Of a stretch of DNA of 64,000 nt, positions 12,858 to 26,900 are shown piece after piece. How positions within the stretch are numbered: position 1 is the stretch's first letter; the number at the start of each line of letters is the position of its first letter. The notes beneath the pieces were generated by a model. That model saw only the letters and a program-made list of their open reading frames with translations. It was not told the origin of the DNA and did no database searches. Made by a program: the position numbers and the translations under genes. The stretch comes from Eledone cirrhosa (lineage: Eukaryota), in the NCBI GenBank assembly GCA_964016885.1, contig OZ024744.1, positions 99,200,001-99,264,000 on the forward strand, written 5' to 3'.

Positions 12858-13899
12858 GGTTATGGTCATAGTGTTGGTGGGAGTGGTGGTGGTTATGGTC
12901 ATAGTGTTGGTGGGAGTGGCAGTGGTTACGGTCATAGTGTTGGTGGGAGTGGTGGTGGTTATGGTCATAGTGTTGGTGGGAGTGGCAGTGGTTATGGTCA
13001 TAGTGTTGGTGGGAGTGGTGGTAGTTATGGTCATAGTGTTGGTGGGAGTGGCAGTGGTTATGGTCATAGTGTTGGTGGGAGTGGTGGTGGTTATGGTCAT
13101 AGTGTTGGTGGGAGTAGTGGTAGTTATGGTCATAGTGTTGGTGGGAGTGGTGGTGGTTATGGTCATAGTGTTGGTGGGAGTGGTGGTGGTTATGGTCATA
13201 GTGTTGGTGGGAGTGGTGGTAGTTATGGTCATAGTGTTGGTGGGAGTGGCAGTGGTTATGGTCATAGTGTTGGTGGGAGTGGCAGTGGTTATGGTCATAG
13301 TGTCGGTGGGAGTGGTGGTGGTTATGGTTATAGTGTTGGTGGGAGTGGTGGTGGTTATGTTCATAGTGTCGGTGGGAGTGGCAGTGGTTATGGTCATAGT
13401 GTTGGTGGGAGTGGTGGTGGTTATGGTCATAGTGTTGGTGGGAATGGCAGTGGTTATGGTCATAGTGTTGGTGGGAGTGGTGGTGGTTATGTTCATAGTG
13501 TTGGTGGGAGTGGTGGTGGTTATGGTCATAGTGTTGGTGGGAGTGGTGGTGGTTATGGTCATAGTGTTGGTGGGAGTGGTGGTGGTTATGGTCATAGTGT
13601 TGGTGGGAGTGGCAGTGGTAATGGTCATAGTGTTGGTGGGAGTGGCAGTGGTTATGGTCATAGTGTTGGTGGGAGTGGTGGTGGTTATGGTCATAGTGTT
13701 GGTGGGAATGGTGGTGGTTATGGTCATAGTGTTGGTGGGAGTGGCAGTGGTTATGATCATAGTGTTGGTGGGAGTGGCAGTGGTTATGGTCATAGTGTTG
13801 GTGGGAGTGGTGGTGGTTATGGTCATAGTGTTGGTGGGAGTGGTGGTGGTTATGGTCATAGTGTTGGTGGGAGTGGTGGTGGTTATGGTCATAGTGTTG

Positions 13900-16740
13900 G
13901 TGGGAGTGGTGGTGGTTATGGTCATAGTGTTGGTGGGAGTGGTGGTGGTTATGGTCATAGTGTTGGTGGGAGTGGCAGTGGTTATGGTCATAGTGTTGGT
14001 GGGAGTGGTGGTGGTTATGGTCATAGTGTTGGTGGGAGTGGCAGTGGTTATGGTGATAGTGTTGGTGGGAGTGGCAGTGGTTATGGTCATAGTGTTGGTG
14101 GGAGTGGCAGTGGTTATGGTCATAGTGTTGGTGGGAGTGGTGGTGGTTATGGTCATAGTGTTGGTGGGAGTGGTGTTGGTTATGGTCATAGTGTTGGTGG
14201 GAGTGGTGGTGGTTATGGTCATAGTGTTGGTGGGAGTGGTGGTGGTTATGGTCATAGTGTTGGTGGGAGTGGTGGTGGTTATGGTCATAGTGTTGGTGGG
14301 AGTGGCAGTGGTTATGGTGATAGTGTTGGTGGGAGTGGCAGTGGTTATGGTCATAGTGTTGGTGGGAGTGGCAGTGGTTATGGTCATAGTGTTGGTGGGA
14401 GTGGTGGTGGTTATGGTCATAGTGTTGGTGGGAGTGGCAGTGGTTATGGTCACAGTGTTGGTGGGAGTGGCAGTGGTTATGGTCATAGTGTTGGTGGGAG
14501 TGGTGGTGGTTATGGTCATAGTGTTGGTGGGAGTGGTGGTGGTTATGGTCATAGTGTTGGTGGGAGTGGCGGTGGTTATGGTCATAGTGTTGGTGGGAGT
14601 GGCAGTGGTTATGGTCATAGTGTTGGTGGGAGTGGCAGTGGTTATGGTCATAGTGTTGGTGGGAGGGGTGGTAGTTATAGTCATAGTGTTGGTGGGAGTG
14701 GCAGTGGTTTTGGTCATAGTGTTGGTGGGAGTGGTGGTAGTTATGGTCATAGTGTTGGTGGGAGTGGCAGTGGTTATGGTCATAGTGTTGGTGGGAGTGG
14801 CAGTGGTTATGGTCATAGTGTTGGTGGGAGTGGTGGTGGTTATGGTCATAGTGTTGGTGGGAGTGGTGGTGGTTATGGTCATAGTGTTGGTGGGAGTGGC
14901 AGTGGTTATGGTCATAGTGTTGGTGGGAGTGGTGGTGGTTATGGTCATAGTGTTGGTGGGAGTGGCAGTGGTTATGGTCATAGTGTTGGTGGGAGTGGCA
15001 GTGGTTATGGTCATAGTGTTGGTGGGAGTGGTGGTGGTTATGGTCATAGTGTTGGTGGGAGTGGCAGTGGTTATGGTCATAGTGTTGGTGGGAGTGGCAG
15101 TGGTTATTGTCATAGTGTTGGTGGGAGTGGCAGTGGTTATGGTCATAGTGTTGGTGGGAGTGGTGGTGGTTATGGTCATAGTGTTGGTGGGAGTGGCAGT
15201 GGTTATGGTCATAGTGTTGGTGGGAGTGGTGGTGGTTATGGTCATAGTGTTGGTGGGAATGGTGGTGGTTATGGTCATAGTGTTGGTGGGAGTGGCAGTG
15301 GTTATGGTCATAGTGTTGGTGGGAGTGGTGGTGGTTATGGTCATAGTGTTGGTGGGAGTGGTGGTGGTTATGGTCATAGTGTTGGTGGGAGTGGCAGTGG
15401 TTATGGTCATAGTGTTGGTGGGAGTGGTGGTGGTTATGGTCATAGTGTTGGTGGGAGTGGCAGTGGTTATGGTGATAGTGTTGGTGGGAGTGGCAGTGGT
15501 TATGGTCATAGTGTTGGTGGGAGTGGCAGTGGTTATGGTCATAGTGTTGGTGGGAGTGGTGGTGGTTATGGTCATAGTGTTGGTGGGAGTGGTGTTGGTT
15601 ATGGTCATAGTGTTGGTGGGAGTGGTGGTGGTTATGGTCATAGTGTTGGTGGGAGTGGTGGTGGTTATGGTCATAGTGTTGGTGGGAGTGGTGGTGGTTA
15701 TGGTCATAGTGTTGGTGGGAGTGGCAGTGGTTATGGTGATAGTGTTGGTGGGAGTGGCAGTGGTTATGGTCATAGTGTTGGTGGGAGTGGCAGTGGTTAT
15801 GGTCATAGTGTTGGTGGGAGTGGTGGTGGTTATGGTCATAGTGTTGGTGGGAGTGGCAGTGGTTATGGTCACAGTGTTGGTGGGAGTGGCAGTGGTTATG
15901 GTCATAGTGTTGGTGGGAGTGGTGGTGGTTATGGTCATAGTGTTGGTGGGAGTGGTGGTGGTTATGGTCATAGTGTTGGTGGGAGTGGCGGTGGTTATGG
16001 TCATAGTGTTGGTGGGAGTGGCAGTGGTTATGGTCATAGTGTTGGTGGGAGTGGCAGTGGTTATGGTCATAGTGTTGGTGGGAGGGGTGGTAGTTATAGT
16101 CATAGTGTTGGTGGGAGTGGCAGTGGTTTTGGTCATAGTGTTGGTGGGAGTGGTGGTAGTTATGGTCATAGTGTTGGTGGGAGTGGCAGTGGTTATGGTC
16201 ATAGTGTTGGTGGGAGTGGCAGTGGTTATGGTCATAGTGTTGGTGGGAGTGGTGGTGGTTATGGTCATAGTGTTGGTGGGAGTGGTGGTGGTTATGGTCA
16301 TAGTGTTGGTGGGAGTGGCAGTGGTTATGGTCATAGTGTTGGTGGGAGTGGTGGTGGTTATGGTCATAGTGTTGGTGGGAGTGGCAGTGGTTATGGTCAT
16401 AGTGTTGGTGGGAGTGGCAGTGGTTATGGTCATAGTGTTGGTGGGAGTGGTGGTGGTTATGGTCATAGTGTTGGTGGGAGTGGCAGTGGTTATGGTCATA
16501 GTGTTGGTGGGAGTGGCAGTGGTTATTGTCATAGTGTTGGTGGGAGTGGCAGTGGTTATGGTCATAGTGTTGGTGGGAGTGGTGGTGGTTATGGTCATAG
16601 TGTTGGTGGGAGTGGCAGTGGTTATGGTCATAGTGTTGGTGGGAGTGGTGGTGGTTATGGTCATAGTGTTGGTGGGAATGGTGGTGGTTATGGTCATAGT
16701 GTTGGTGGGAGTGGCAGTGGTTATGGTCATAGTGTTGGTG
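13900..16740. repeat. Higher-order tandem duplication, period 1,419 bp (43 units); boundaries approximate
   Basis: Rare variants recur at exactly +1419: TGGTGATAGT 14051/15470, CACAGTG 14451/15870, GGAGGGGTGGTAGTTATAG 14662/16081, the AAT of GGGAAT 15258/16677. Confidence 0.9.
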
Positions 16741-19700
16741 GGAGTGGTGGTGGTTATGGTCATAGTGTTGGTGGGAGTGGCAGTGGTTATGGTCATAGTG
16801 TTGGTGGGAGTGGCAGTGGTTATGGTCATAGTGTTGGTGGGAGTGGTGGTGGTTATGGTCATAGTGTTGGTGGGAGTGGCAGTGGTTATGGTCATAGTGT
16901 TGGTGGGAGTGGTGGTGGTTATGGTGATAGTGTTGGTGGGAGTGGCAGTGGTTATTGTCATAGTGTTGGTGGGAATGGTGGTGGTTATGGTCATAGTGTT
17001 GGTGGTGTGGTGGTGGTTATGGTCATAGTGTTGGTGGGAGTGGTGGTGGTTATGGTCATAGTGTTGGTGGGAGTGGCAGTGGTTATGGTCATAGTGTTGG
17101 TGGGAGTGGCAGTGGTTATGGTCATAGTGTTGGTGGGAGTGGTGCTGGTTATGGTCATAGTGTTGGTGGGAGTGGCAGTGGTTATGGTCATAGTGTTGGT
17201 GGGAGTGGCAGTGGTTATGGTCATAGTGTTGGTGGGAGTGGTGGTGGTTATGGTATAGTGTTGGTGGGAGTGGTGGTGGTTATGGTCATAGTGTTGGAGG
17301 GAGTGGCAGTGGTTATGGTCATAGTGTTGGTGGGAGTGGTGGTGGTTATGGTGATAGTGTTGGTGGGAGTGGCAGTGGTTATGGTCATAGTATTGGTAGG
17401 AGTGGTGGTGGTTATGGTCATAGTGTTGGTGGGAGTGGCAGTGGTTATGGTCATAGTGTTGGTGGGAGTGGCAGTGGTTATGGTCATAGTGTTGGTGGGA
17501 GTGGTGGTGGTTATGGTCATAGTGTTGGTGGGAGTGGCAGTGGTTATGGTCATAGTGTTGGTGGGAGTGGTGGTAGTTATGGTCATAGTGTTGGTGGGAG
17601 TGGCAGTGGTTATGGTCATAGTGTTGGTGGGAGTGGCAGTGGTTATGGTCATAGTGTTGTTGGGAGTGGTGGTGGTTATGGTCATAGTGTTGGTGGGAGT
17701 GGCAGTGGTTATGGTCATAGTGTTGGTGGGAGTGGTGGTGGTTATGGTCATAGTGTTGGTGGGAGTGGTGGTGGTTATGGTCAAAGTGTTGGTGGGTGTG
17801 GTGGTGGTTATGGTCATAGTGTTGGTGGGAGTGGTGGTGGTTATGGTCATAGTGTTGGTGGGAGTGGCGGTGGTTATGGTCATAGTGTTGGTGGGAGTGG
17901 CAGTGGTTATGGTCATAGTGTTGGTGGGAGTGGTGTTAGTTATGTTCATAGTGTTGGTGGGAGTGGTGGTGGTTATGGTCATAGTGTTGGTGGGAGTGGC
18001 AGTGGTTATGGTCATAGTGTTGGTGGGAGTGGTGGTGGTTATGGTCATAGTGTTGGTGGGAGTGGTGGTGGTTATGGTCGTAGTGTTGGTGGGAGTGGCA
18101 GTGGTTATGGTCATAGTGTTGGTGGGAGTGGCAGTGGTTATGGTCATAGTGTTGGTGGGAGTGGTGGTGGTTATGGTCATAGTGTTGGTGGGAGTGGTGG
18201 TGGTTATGGTCATAGTGTTGGTGGGAGTGGCAGTGGTTATGGTCATAGTGTTGGTGGGAGTGGTGGTGGTTATGGTCATAGTGTTGGTGGGAGTGGTGGT
18301 GGTTATGGTCATAGTGTTGGTGGGAATGGTGGTGGTTATGGTCATAGTGTTGGTGGAAGTGCCAGTGGTTATGGTCATAGTGTTGGTGGGAGTGGTGGTG
18401 GTTATGGTCGTAGTGTTGGTGGGAGTGGCAGTGGTTATGGTAATAGTGTTGGTGGGAGTGGCAGTGGTTATGGTCATAGTGTTGGTGGGAGTGGCAGTGG
18501 TTATGGTCATAGTGTTGGTGGGAGTGGTGGTGGTTATGGTCATAGTGTTGGTGGGTGTGGTGGTGGTTATGGTCATAGTGTTGGTGGGAGTGGCAGTGGT
18601 TATGGTCATAGTGTTGGTGGGAGTGGTGGTGGTTATGGTCATAGTGTTGGTGGGAGTGGCAGTGGTTATGGTCATAGTGTTGGTGGGAGTGGCAGTGGTT
18701 ATGGTCATAGTGTTGGTGGGAGTGGTGGTGGTTATGGTCATAGTGTTGGTGGGAGTGGTGGTGGTTATGGTCATAGTGTTGGTGGGAGTGGCAGTGGTTA
18801 TGGTCATAGTGTTGGTGGGAGTGGTGGTGGTTATGGTCATAGTGTTGGTGGGAGTGGTGGTGGTTATGGTCATAGTGTTGGTTATGGTCATAGTGTTGGT
18901 GGGAGTGGTGGTGGTTATGGTCATAGTGTTGGTGGGAGTGGCAGTGGTTATGGTCATAGTGTTGGTGGGAGTGGTGGTGGTGGTTATGGTCATAGTGTTG
19001 GTGGGAGTGGTGGTGGTTATGGTCATAGTGTTGGTGGGAGTGGTGGTGGTTATGGTCATAGTGTTGGTGGGAGTGGCAGTGGTTATGGTCATAGTGTTGG
19101 TGGGAGTGGCAGTGGTTATGGTCATAGTGTTGGTGGGAGTGGTGGTGGTGGTTATGGTCATAGTGTTGGTGGGAGTGGTGGTGGTTATGGTCATAGTGTT
19201 GGTGGGAGTGGTGGTGGTTATGGTCATAGTGTTGGTGGGAGTGGTGGTGGTTATGGTCATAGTGTTGGTTATGGTCATAGTGTTGGTGGGAGTGGTGGTG
19301 GTTATGGTCATAGTGTTGGTGGGAGTGGTGGTGGTTATGGTCATAGTGTTGGTGGGAGTGGTGGTGGTTATGGTCATAGTGTTGGTGGGAGTGGCAGTGG
19401 TTATGGTCATAGTGTTGGTGGGAGTGGCAGTGGTTATGGTCATAGTGTTGGTGGGAGTGGCAGTGGTTATGGTCATAGTGTTGGTGGGAGTGGCAGTGGT
19501 TATGGTCATAGTGTTGGTGGGAGTGGCAGTGGTTATTGTCATAGTGTTGGTGGGAGTGGTGGTGGTTATGGTCATAGTGTTGGTGGGAGTGGCAGTGGTT
19601 ATGGTCATAGTGTTGGTGGGAGTGGTGGTGGTTATGATCATAGTGTTGGTGGGAGTGGCAGTGGTTATTGTCATAGTGTTGGTGGGAGTGGTGGTGGTTA

Positions 19701-22700
19701 TGGTCATAGTGTTGGTGGGAGTGGCAGTGGTTATGGTCATAGTGTTGGTGGGTGTGGCAGTGGTTATGGTCATAGTGTTGGTGGGTGTGGCAGTGGCTAT
19801 GGTCATAGTGTTGGTGGGAGTGGCAGTGGTTATTGTCATAGTTTTGGTGGGAGTGGTAGTGGTTATGGTCATAGTGTTGGTGGGAGTGGTGGTGGTTATG
19901 GTCACAGTGTTGGTGGGAGTGGTGGTGGTTATGGTCATAGTGTTGGTGGGAGTGGTGGTGGTTATGGTCATAGTGTTGGTGGGAGTGGTGGTGGTTATGG
20001 TCATAGTGTTGGTGGGTGTGGCAGTGGTGATTGTCATAGTGTTGGTGGGAGTGGTGGTGGTTATGGTCATAGTGTTGGTGGGAGTGGTGGTGGTTATGGT
20101 CATAGTGTTGGTGGGAGTGGTGGTGGTTATGGTCATATTGTTGGTGGGAGTGGTGGTGGTTATGGTCATAGTGTTGGTGGGAGTGGCAGTGGTTATGGTC
20201 ATAGTGTTGGTGGGAGTGGTGGTGGTTATAGTCATAGTGTTGGTGGGAGTGGCGGTGGTTATGGTCATAGTGTTGGTGGGAGTGGTGGTGGTTATGGTCA
20301 TAGTGTTGGTGGGAGTGGCAGTGGTTATGGTCATAGTGTTGGTGGGAGTGGCAATGGTTATGGTCATAGTGTTGGTGTGAGTGGTGGTGGTTATGGTCAT
20401 AGTGTTGGTGGGAATGGTGGTGGTTATGGTCATAGTGTTGGTGGGAGTGGTGGTGGTTATGGTCATAGTGTTGGTGGGAGTGGTGGTGGTTATGGTCATA
20501 GTGTTGGTGGGAGTGGCAGTGGTTATGGTCATAGTGTTGGTGGGAGTGGCGGTGGTTATGGTCATAGTGTTGGTGGGAGTGGTGGTGGTTATGGTCATAG
20601 TGTTGGTGGGAGTGGCAGTGGTTATGGTCAAAGTGTTGGTGGGAGTGGTGGTGGTTATAGTGATAGTGTTGGTGGGAGTGGCAGTGGTTATGCTCATAGT
20701 GTTGGTGGGAGTGGTGGTGGTTATGGTCATAGTGTTGGTGGGAGTGGCAGTGGTTATGGTCATAGTGTTGGTGGGAGTGGCAGTGGTTATGGTCACAGTG
20801 TTGGTGGGAGTGGTGGTGGTTATGGTCATAGTGTTGGTGGGAGTGGTGGTGGTGGTTATGGTCATAGTGTTGGTGGGAGTGGTGGTGGTTATGGTCATAG
20901 TGTTGGTCGGAGTGGTGGTGGTTATGGTCATAGTGTTGGTGGGAGTGGTGGTGGTTATGGTCATAGTGTTGGTGGGAGTGGTGGTGGTTATGGTCATAGT
21001 GTTGGTGGGAGTGGTGGTGGTTATGGTCATAGTGTTGGTGGGAGTGGCAGTGGTTATGGTCATAGTGTTGGTGGGAGTGGCAGTGGTTATTGTCATAGTG
21101 TTGGTGGGAGTGGTGGTGGTTATGGTCATAGTGTTGGTGGGAGTGGCAGTGGTTATGGTCATAGTGTTGGTGGGAGTGGCAGTGGTTATGGTCATAGTGT
21201 TGGTGGGAGTGGCAGTGGTTATGGTCATAGTGTTGGTGGGAGTGGCAGTGGTTATGGTCATAGTGTTGGTGGGAGTGGTGGTGGTTATGGTCATAGTGTT
21301 GGTGGGAATGGTGGTGGTTATGGTCATAGTGTTGGTGGGTGTGGCGGTGGTTATGGTCATAGTGTTGGTGGGAGTGGCAGTGGTTATGGTCATAGTGTTG
21401 GTGGGAGTGGCAGTGGTTATGGTCATAGTGTTGGTGGGAGTGGCAGTGGTTATTGTCATAGTGTTGGTGGGAGTGGTGGTGGTTATGGTCATAGTGTTGG
21501 TGGGAGTGGTGGTGGTTATGGTCATAGTGTTGGTGGGAGTGGTGGTGGTTATGGTCATAGTGTTGGTGGGAGTGGTGGTGGTTATGGTCATAGTGTTGGT
21601 GGGAGTGGTGGTGGTTATGGTCATAGTGTTGGTGGGTGTGGCAGTGGTTATTGTCATAGTGTTGGTGGGAGTGGTGGTGGTTATGGTCATAGTGTTGGTG
21701 GGAGTGGTGGTGGTTATGGTCATAGTGTTGGTGGGAGTGGCAGTGGTTATTGTCATAGTGTTGGTGGGAGTGGTGGTGGTTATGGTCATAGTGTTGGTGG
21801 GAGTGGTGGTGGTTATGGTCATAGTGTTGGTGGGAGTGGTGGTGGTTATGGTCATAGTGTTGGTGGGAGTGGTGGTGGTTATGGTCATAGTGTTGGTGGG
21901 AGTGGTGGTGGTTATGGTCATAGTGTTGGTGGGAGTGGCAGTGGTTATTGTCATAGTGTTGGTGGGAGTGGTGGTGGTTATGGTCATAGTGTTGGTGGGA
22001 GTGGTGGTGGTTATGGTCATAGTGTTGGTGGGAGTGGTGGTGGTTATGGTCATAGTGTTGGTGGGTGTGGCAGTGGTTATTGTCATAGTGTTGGTGGGAG
22101 TGGTGGTGGTTATGGTCATAGTTTTGGTGGGAGTAGCAGTGGTTATGGTCATAGTGTTGGTGGGAGTGGTGGTGGTTATGGTCATAGTGTTGGTGGGAGT
22201 GGCAGTGGTTATGGTCATAGTGTTGGTGGGAGTGGCAGTGGTTATGGTCATAGTGTTGGTGGGAGGGGTGGTGGTTATGGTCATAGTGTTGCTGGGAGTG
22301 GTGGTGGTTATGGTCATAGTGTTGGTGGGAGTGGTGGTGGTTATGGTCATAGTGTTGGTGGGAGTGGTGGTGGTTATGGTCATAGTGTTGGTGGGAGTGG
22401 TGGTGGTTATGGTCATAGTGTTGGTGGGAATGGCAGTGGTTATGGTCATAGTGTTGGTGGGAATGGCAGTGGTTATGGTCATAGTGTTGGTGGGAGTGGT
22501 GGTGGTTATGGTCATAGTGTTGGTGGGTGTGGCAGTGGTGATTGTCATAGTGTTGGTGGGAGTGGTGGTGGTTATGGTCATAGTGTTGGTGGGTGTGGTG
22601 GTGGTTATGGTCATAGTGTTGGTGGGAGTGGCAGTGGTTATGGTGATAGTGTTGGTGGGAGTGGCAGTGGTTATGGTCATAGTGTTGGTGGGAGTGGTGG

Positions 22701-23963
22701 TGGTTATTGTCATAGTGTTGGTGGGAGTGGCAGTGGTGATTGTCATAGTGTTGGTGGGAGTGGCAGTGGTTATGGTCATAGTGTTGGTGGGTTTGGCAGT
22801 GGTGATTGTCATAGTGTTGGTGGGAGTGGTGGTGGTTATGGTCATAGTGTTGGTGGGAGTGGTGGTGGTTATGGTCATAGTGTTGGTGGGAGTGGCAGTG
22901 GTTATGGTCACAGTGTTGGTGGGAGTGGTGGTGGTTATGGTCATAGTGTTGGTGGGAGTGGCAGTGGTTATGGTCATAGTGTTGGTGGGAGTGGTGGTGG
23001 TTATGGTCATAGTGTTGGTGGGAGTGGTGTTGGTTATGGTCATAGTGTTGTTGGGTGTGGTAGTGGTTATGGTCATAGTGTTGGTGGGAGTGGCAGTGGT
23101 TATGGTCATAGTGTTGGTGGGTGTGGCAGTGGTTATGGTCATAGTGTTGGTGGGAGTGGTGGTGGTTATGGTCATAGTGTTGGTGGGAGTGGTGGTGGTT
23201 ATGGTCATAGTGTTGGTGGGAGTGGTGGTGGTTATGGTCATAGTGTTGGTGGGAGTGGCAGTGGTTATGGTCATAGTGTTGGTGGGAGTGGTGGTGGTTA
23301 TGGTCATAGTGTTGGAGGGAGTGGTAGTGGTTATGGTCATAGTGTTGGTGGGAGTGGCAGTGGTTATGGTCATAGTGTTGGTGGGAGTGGTGGTGGTTAT
23401 GGTCATATTGTTGGTGGGAGTGGTGGTGGTTATGGTCATAGTGTTGGTGGGAATGGCAGTGGTTATGGTCATAGTGTTGGTGGGAATGGCAGTGGTTATG
23501 GTCATAGTGTTGGTGGGAGTGGTGGTGGTTATAGTGATAGTGTTGGTGGGAGTGGCAGTGGTTATGGTCATAGTGTTGGTGGGAGTGGTGGTGGTTATGG
23601 TCATAGTGTTGGTGGGAGTGGCAATGGTTATGGTCATAGTGTTGGTGGGAGTGGTGGTGGTTATGGTCATAGTGTTGGTGGGAGTGGTGGTGGTTATGGT
23701 CATAGTGTTGGTGGGAGTGGCAGTGGTTATGGTCATAGTGTTGGTGGGAGTGGCAGTGGTTATGGTCATAGTGTTGGTGGGAGTGGTGGTGGTTATGGTC
23801 ATAGTGTTGGTGGGAGTGGCAGTGGTTATGCTCATAGTGTTGGTGGGAGTGGCAGTGGTTATGGTCATAGTGTTGGTGGGAGTGGTGGTGGTTATGGTCA
23901 TAGTGTTGGTGGGAGTGGCAGTGGCTATGCTCATAGTGTTGGTGGGAGTGGTGGTGGTTATGG

Positions 23964-26900
23964 TCATAGTGTTGGTAGTGTGGTGGTGGTTATGGTCATA
24001 GTGTTGGTGGGAGTGGTGGTGGTTATGGTCATAGTGTTGGTGGGAGTGGCAGTGGTTATGGTCATAGTGTTGGTGGCAGTGGTGGTGGTTATGGTCATAG
24101 TGTTGGTGGGAGTGGTGGTGGTTATGGTCATAGTGTTGGTGGGAGTGGCAGTGGTTATGGTCATAGTGTTGGTGGGAGTGGCAGTGGTTATGGTCATAGT
24201 GTTGGTGGGAGTGGCAGTGGTTATGGTCATAGTGTTGGTGGGAGTGGTGGTGGTTATGGTCATAGTGTTGGTGGGAGTGGTGGTGGTTATGGTCATAGTG
24301 TTGGTGGGAGTGGCGGTGGTTATGGTCATAGTGTTGGTGGGAGTGGTGGTGGTTATGGTCATAGTGTTGGTGGGAGTGGCAGTGGTTATGGTCAAAGTGT
24401 TGGTGGGAGTGGTGGTGGTTATAGTGATAGTGTTGGTGGGAGTGGTGCTGGTTATGGTCATAGTGTTGGTGGGAGTGGTGGTGGTTATGGTCATAGTGTT
24501 GGTGGGAGTGGTGGTGGTTATGGTCATAGTGTTGGTGGGAGTGGCAGTGGTTATGGTCATAGTGTTGGTGGGAGTGGCGGTGGTTATGGTCATAGTGTTG
24601 GTGGGAGTGGTGGTGGTTATGGTCATAGTGTTGGTGGGAGTGGCAGTGGTTATGGTCATAGTGTTGGTGGGCGTGGCAGTGGTTATGTTCATAGTGTTGT
24701 TGGGAGTGGTGGTGGTTATGGTCATATTGTTGGTGGGAGTGGTGGTGGTTATGGTCATAGTGTTGGTGGGAGTGGCAGTGGTTATGGTCATAGTGTTGGT
24801 GGGAGTGGTGGTGGTTATGGTCATAGTGTTGGTGGGAGTGGTGGTGGTTATGGTCATAGTGTTGGTGGGAGTGACAGTGGTTATGGTCATAGTGTTGGTG
24901 GGAGTGGTGGTGGTTATGGTCATAGAGTTGGTGGGAGTGGCAGTGGTTATGGTCATAGTGTTGGTGGGAGTGGCAGTGGTTATGGTCATAGTGTTGGTGG
25001 GTGTGGTGGTGGTTATGGTCATAGTGTTGGTGGGAGTGGCAGTGGTTATGGTCATAGTGTTGGTGGGAATGGTGGTGGTTATGGTCATAGTGTTGGTGGG
25101 AGTGGCAGTGGTTATGGTCATAGTGTTGGTGGGAGTGGTGGTGGTTATGGTCAAAGTGTTGATGGGAGTGGTGGTGGTTATGGTCATAGTGTTGGTGGGA
25201 GTGTTGGTGGTTATGGTTATTGTGTTGGTGGGAGTGGTGGTGGTTATGGTCATAGTGTTGGTGGGAGTGGCAGTGGTTATGGTCATAGTGTTGGTGGGAG
25301 TGGCAGTGGTTATGGTCATAGTGTTGGTGGGAGTGGTGGTGGTTATGGTCATAGTGTTGGTGGGAGTGGCAGTGGTTATGGTCATAGTGTTGGTGGGAGT
25401 GGTGGTGGTTATGGTCATAGTGTTGGTGGGAGTGGTGGTGGTTATGGTCATAGTGTTGGTGGGAGTGGCAGTGGTTATGGTCATAGTGTTGGTGAGAGTG
25501 GTGGTGGTTATGGTCATAGTGTTGGTGGGAGTGGTGGTGGTTATGGTCATAGTGTTGGTGGGAGTGGTGGTGGTTATGGTCATAGTGTTGGTGGGAGTGG
25601 TGGTGGTTATGATCATAGTGTTGGTGGGAGTGGTGGTGGTTATGGTCATAGTGTTGGTGGGAGTGGCAGTGGCTATGGTCATAGTGTTGGTGGGAGTGGT
25701 GGTGGTTATGGTCATAGTGTTGGTGGTAGTGGCAGTGGTTATGGTCATAGTGTTGGTGGGAGTGGTGGTGGTTATGGTCATAGTGTTGGAGGGAGTGGTA
25801 GTGGTTATGGTCATAGTGTTGGTGGGAGTGGCAGTGGTTATGGTCATAGTGTTGGTGGGAGTGGCAGTGGTTATGGTCATAGTGTTGGTGGGAGTGGTGG
25901 TGGTTATGATCATAGTGTTGGTGGGAGTGGTGGTGGTTATGGTCATAGTGTTGGAGGGAGTGGTAGTGGTTATGGTCATAGTGTTGGTGGGAGTGGCAGT
26001 GGTTATGGTCATAGTGTTGGTGGGAGTGGCAGTGGTTATGGTCATACTGTTGGTGGGAGTGGTGGTGGTTATGTTCATAGTGTTGGTGGGAGTGGTGGTG
26101 GTTATGGTCATAGTGTTGGTGAGAGTGGCAGTGGTTATGGTCATAGTGTTGGTGGGAGTGGTGGTGGTTATGGTCATAGTGTTGGTGGGAGTGGTGGTTA
26201 TGGTCATAGTGTTGGTGGGAGTGGCAGTGGTTACAGTCATAGTGTTGGTGGGAGTGGTGGTGGTTATGGTCATAGTGTTGGTGGGAGTGGCAGTGGTTAT
26301 GGTCATAGTGTTGGTGGGAGTGGCAGTGGTTATGGTCATAGTGTTGGTGGGAGTGGCAGTGGTTATGGTCATAGTGTTGGTGGGAGTGGTGGTGGTTATG
26401 GTCATAGTGTTGGTGGGAGTGGTGGTGGTTATGGTCATATTGTTGGTGGGAGTGGCAGTGGTTATTGTCATAGTGTTGGTGGGAGTGGTGGTGGTTATGG
26501 TCATAGTGTTGGTGGGAGTGGTGGCGGTTATGGTCATAGTGTTGGTGGGAGTGGTGGTGGTTATGGTCATAGTGTTGGTGGGAGTGGTGGTGGTTATGGT
26601 CATAGTGTTGGTGGGAGTGGCAGTGGTTATGGTCATAGTGTTGGTGGGAGTGGCAGTGGTTATGGTCATAGTGTTGGTGGGAGTGGCAGTGGTTATGGTC
26701 ATAGTGTTGGTGGGAGTGGTGGTGGTTATGGTCATAGTGTTGGTGGTAGTGGTGGTGGTTATGGTAATAGTGTTGGTGAGAGTGGCAGTGGTTATGGTCA
26801 TAGTGTTGGTGGGAGTGGCAGTGGTTATGGTCATAGTGTTGGTGGGAGTGGTGGTGGTTATGGTCATAGTGTTGGTGGGTGTGGTGGTGGTTATGGTCAT

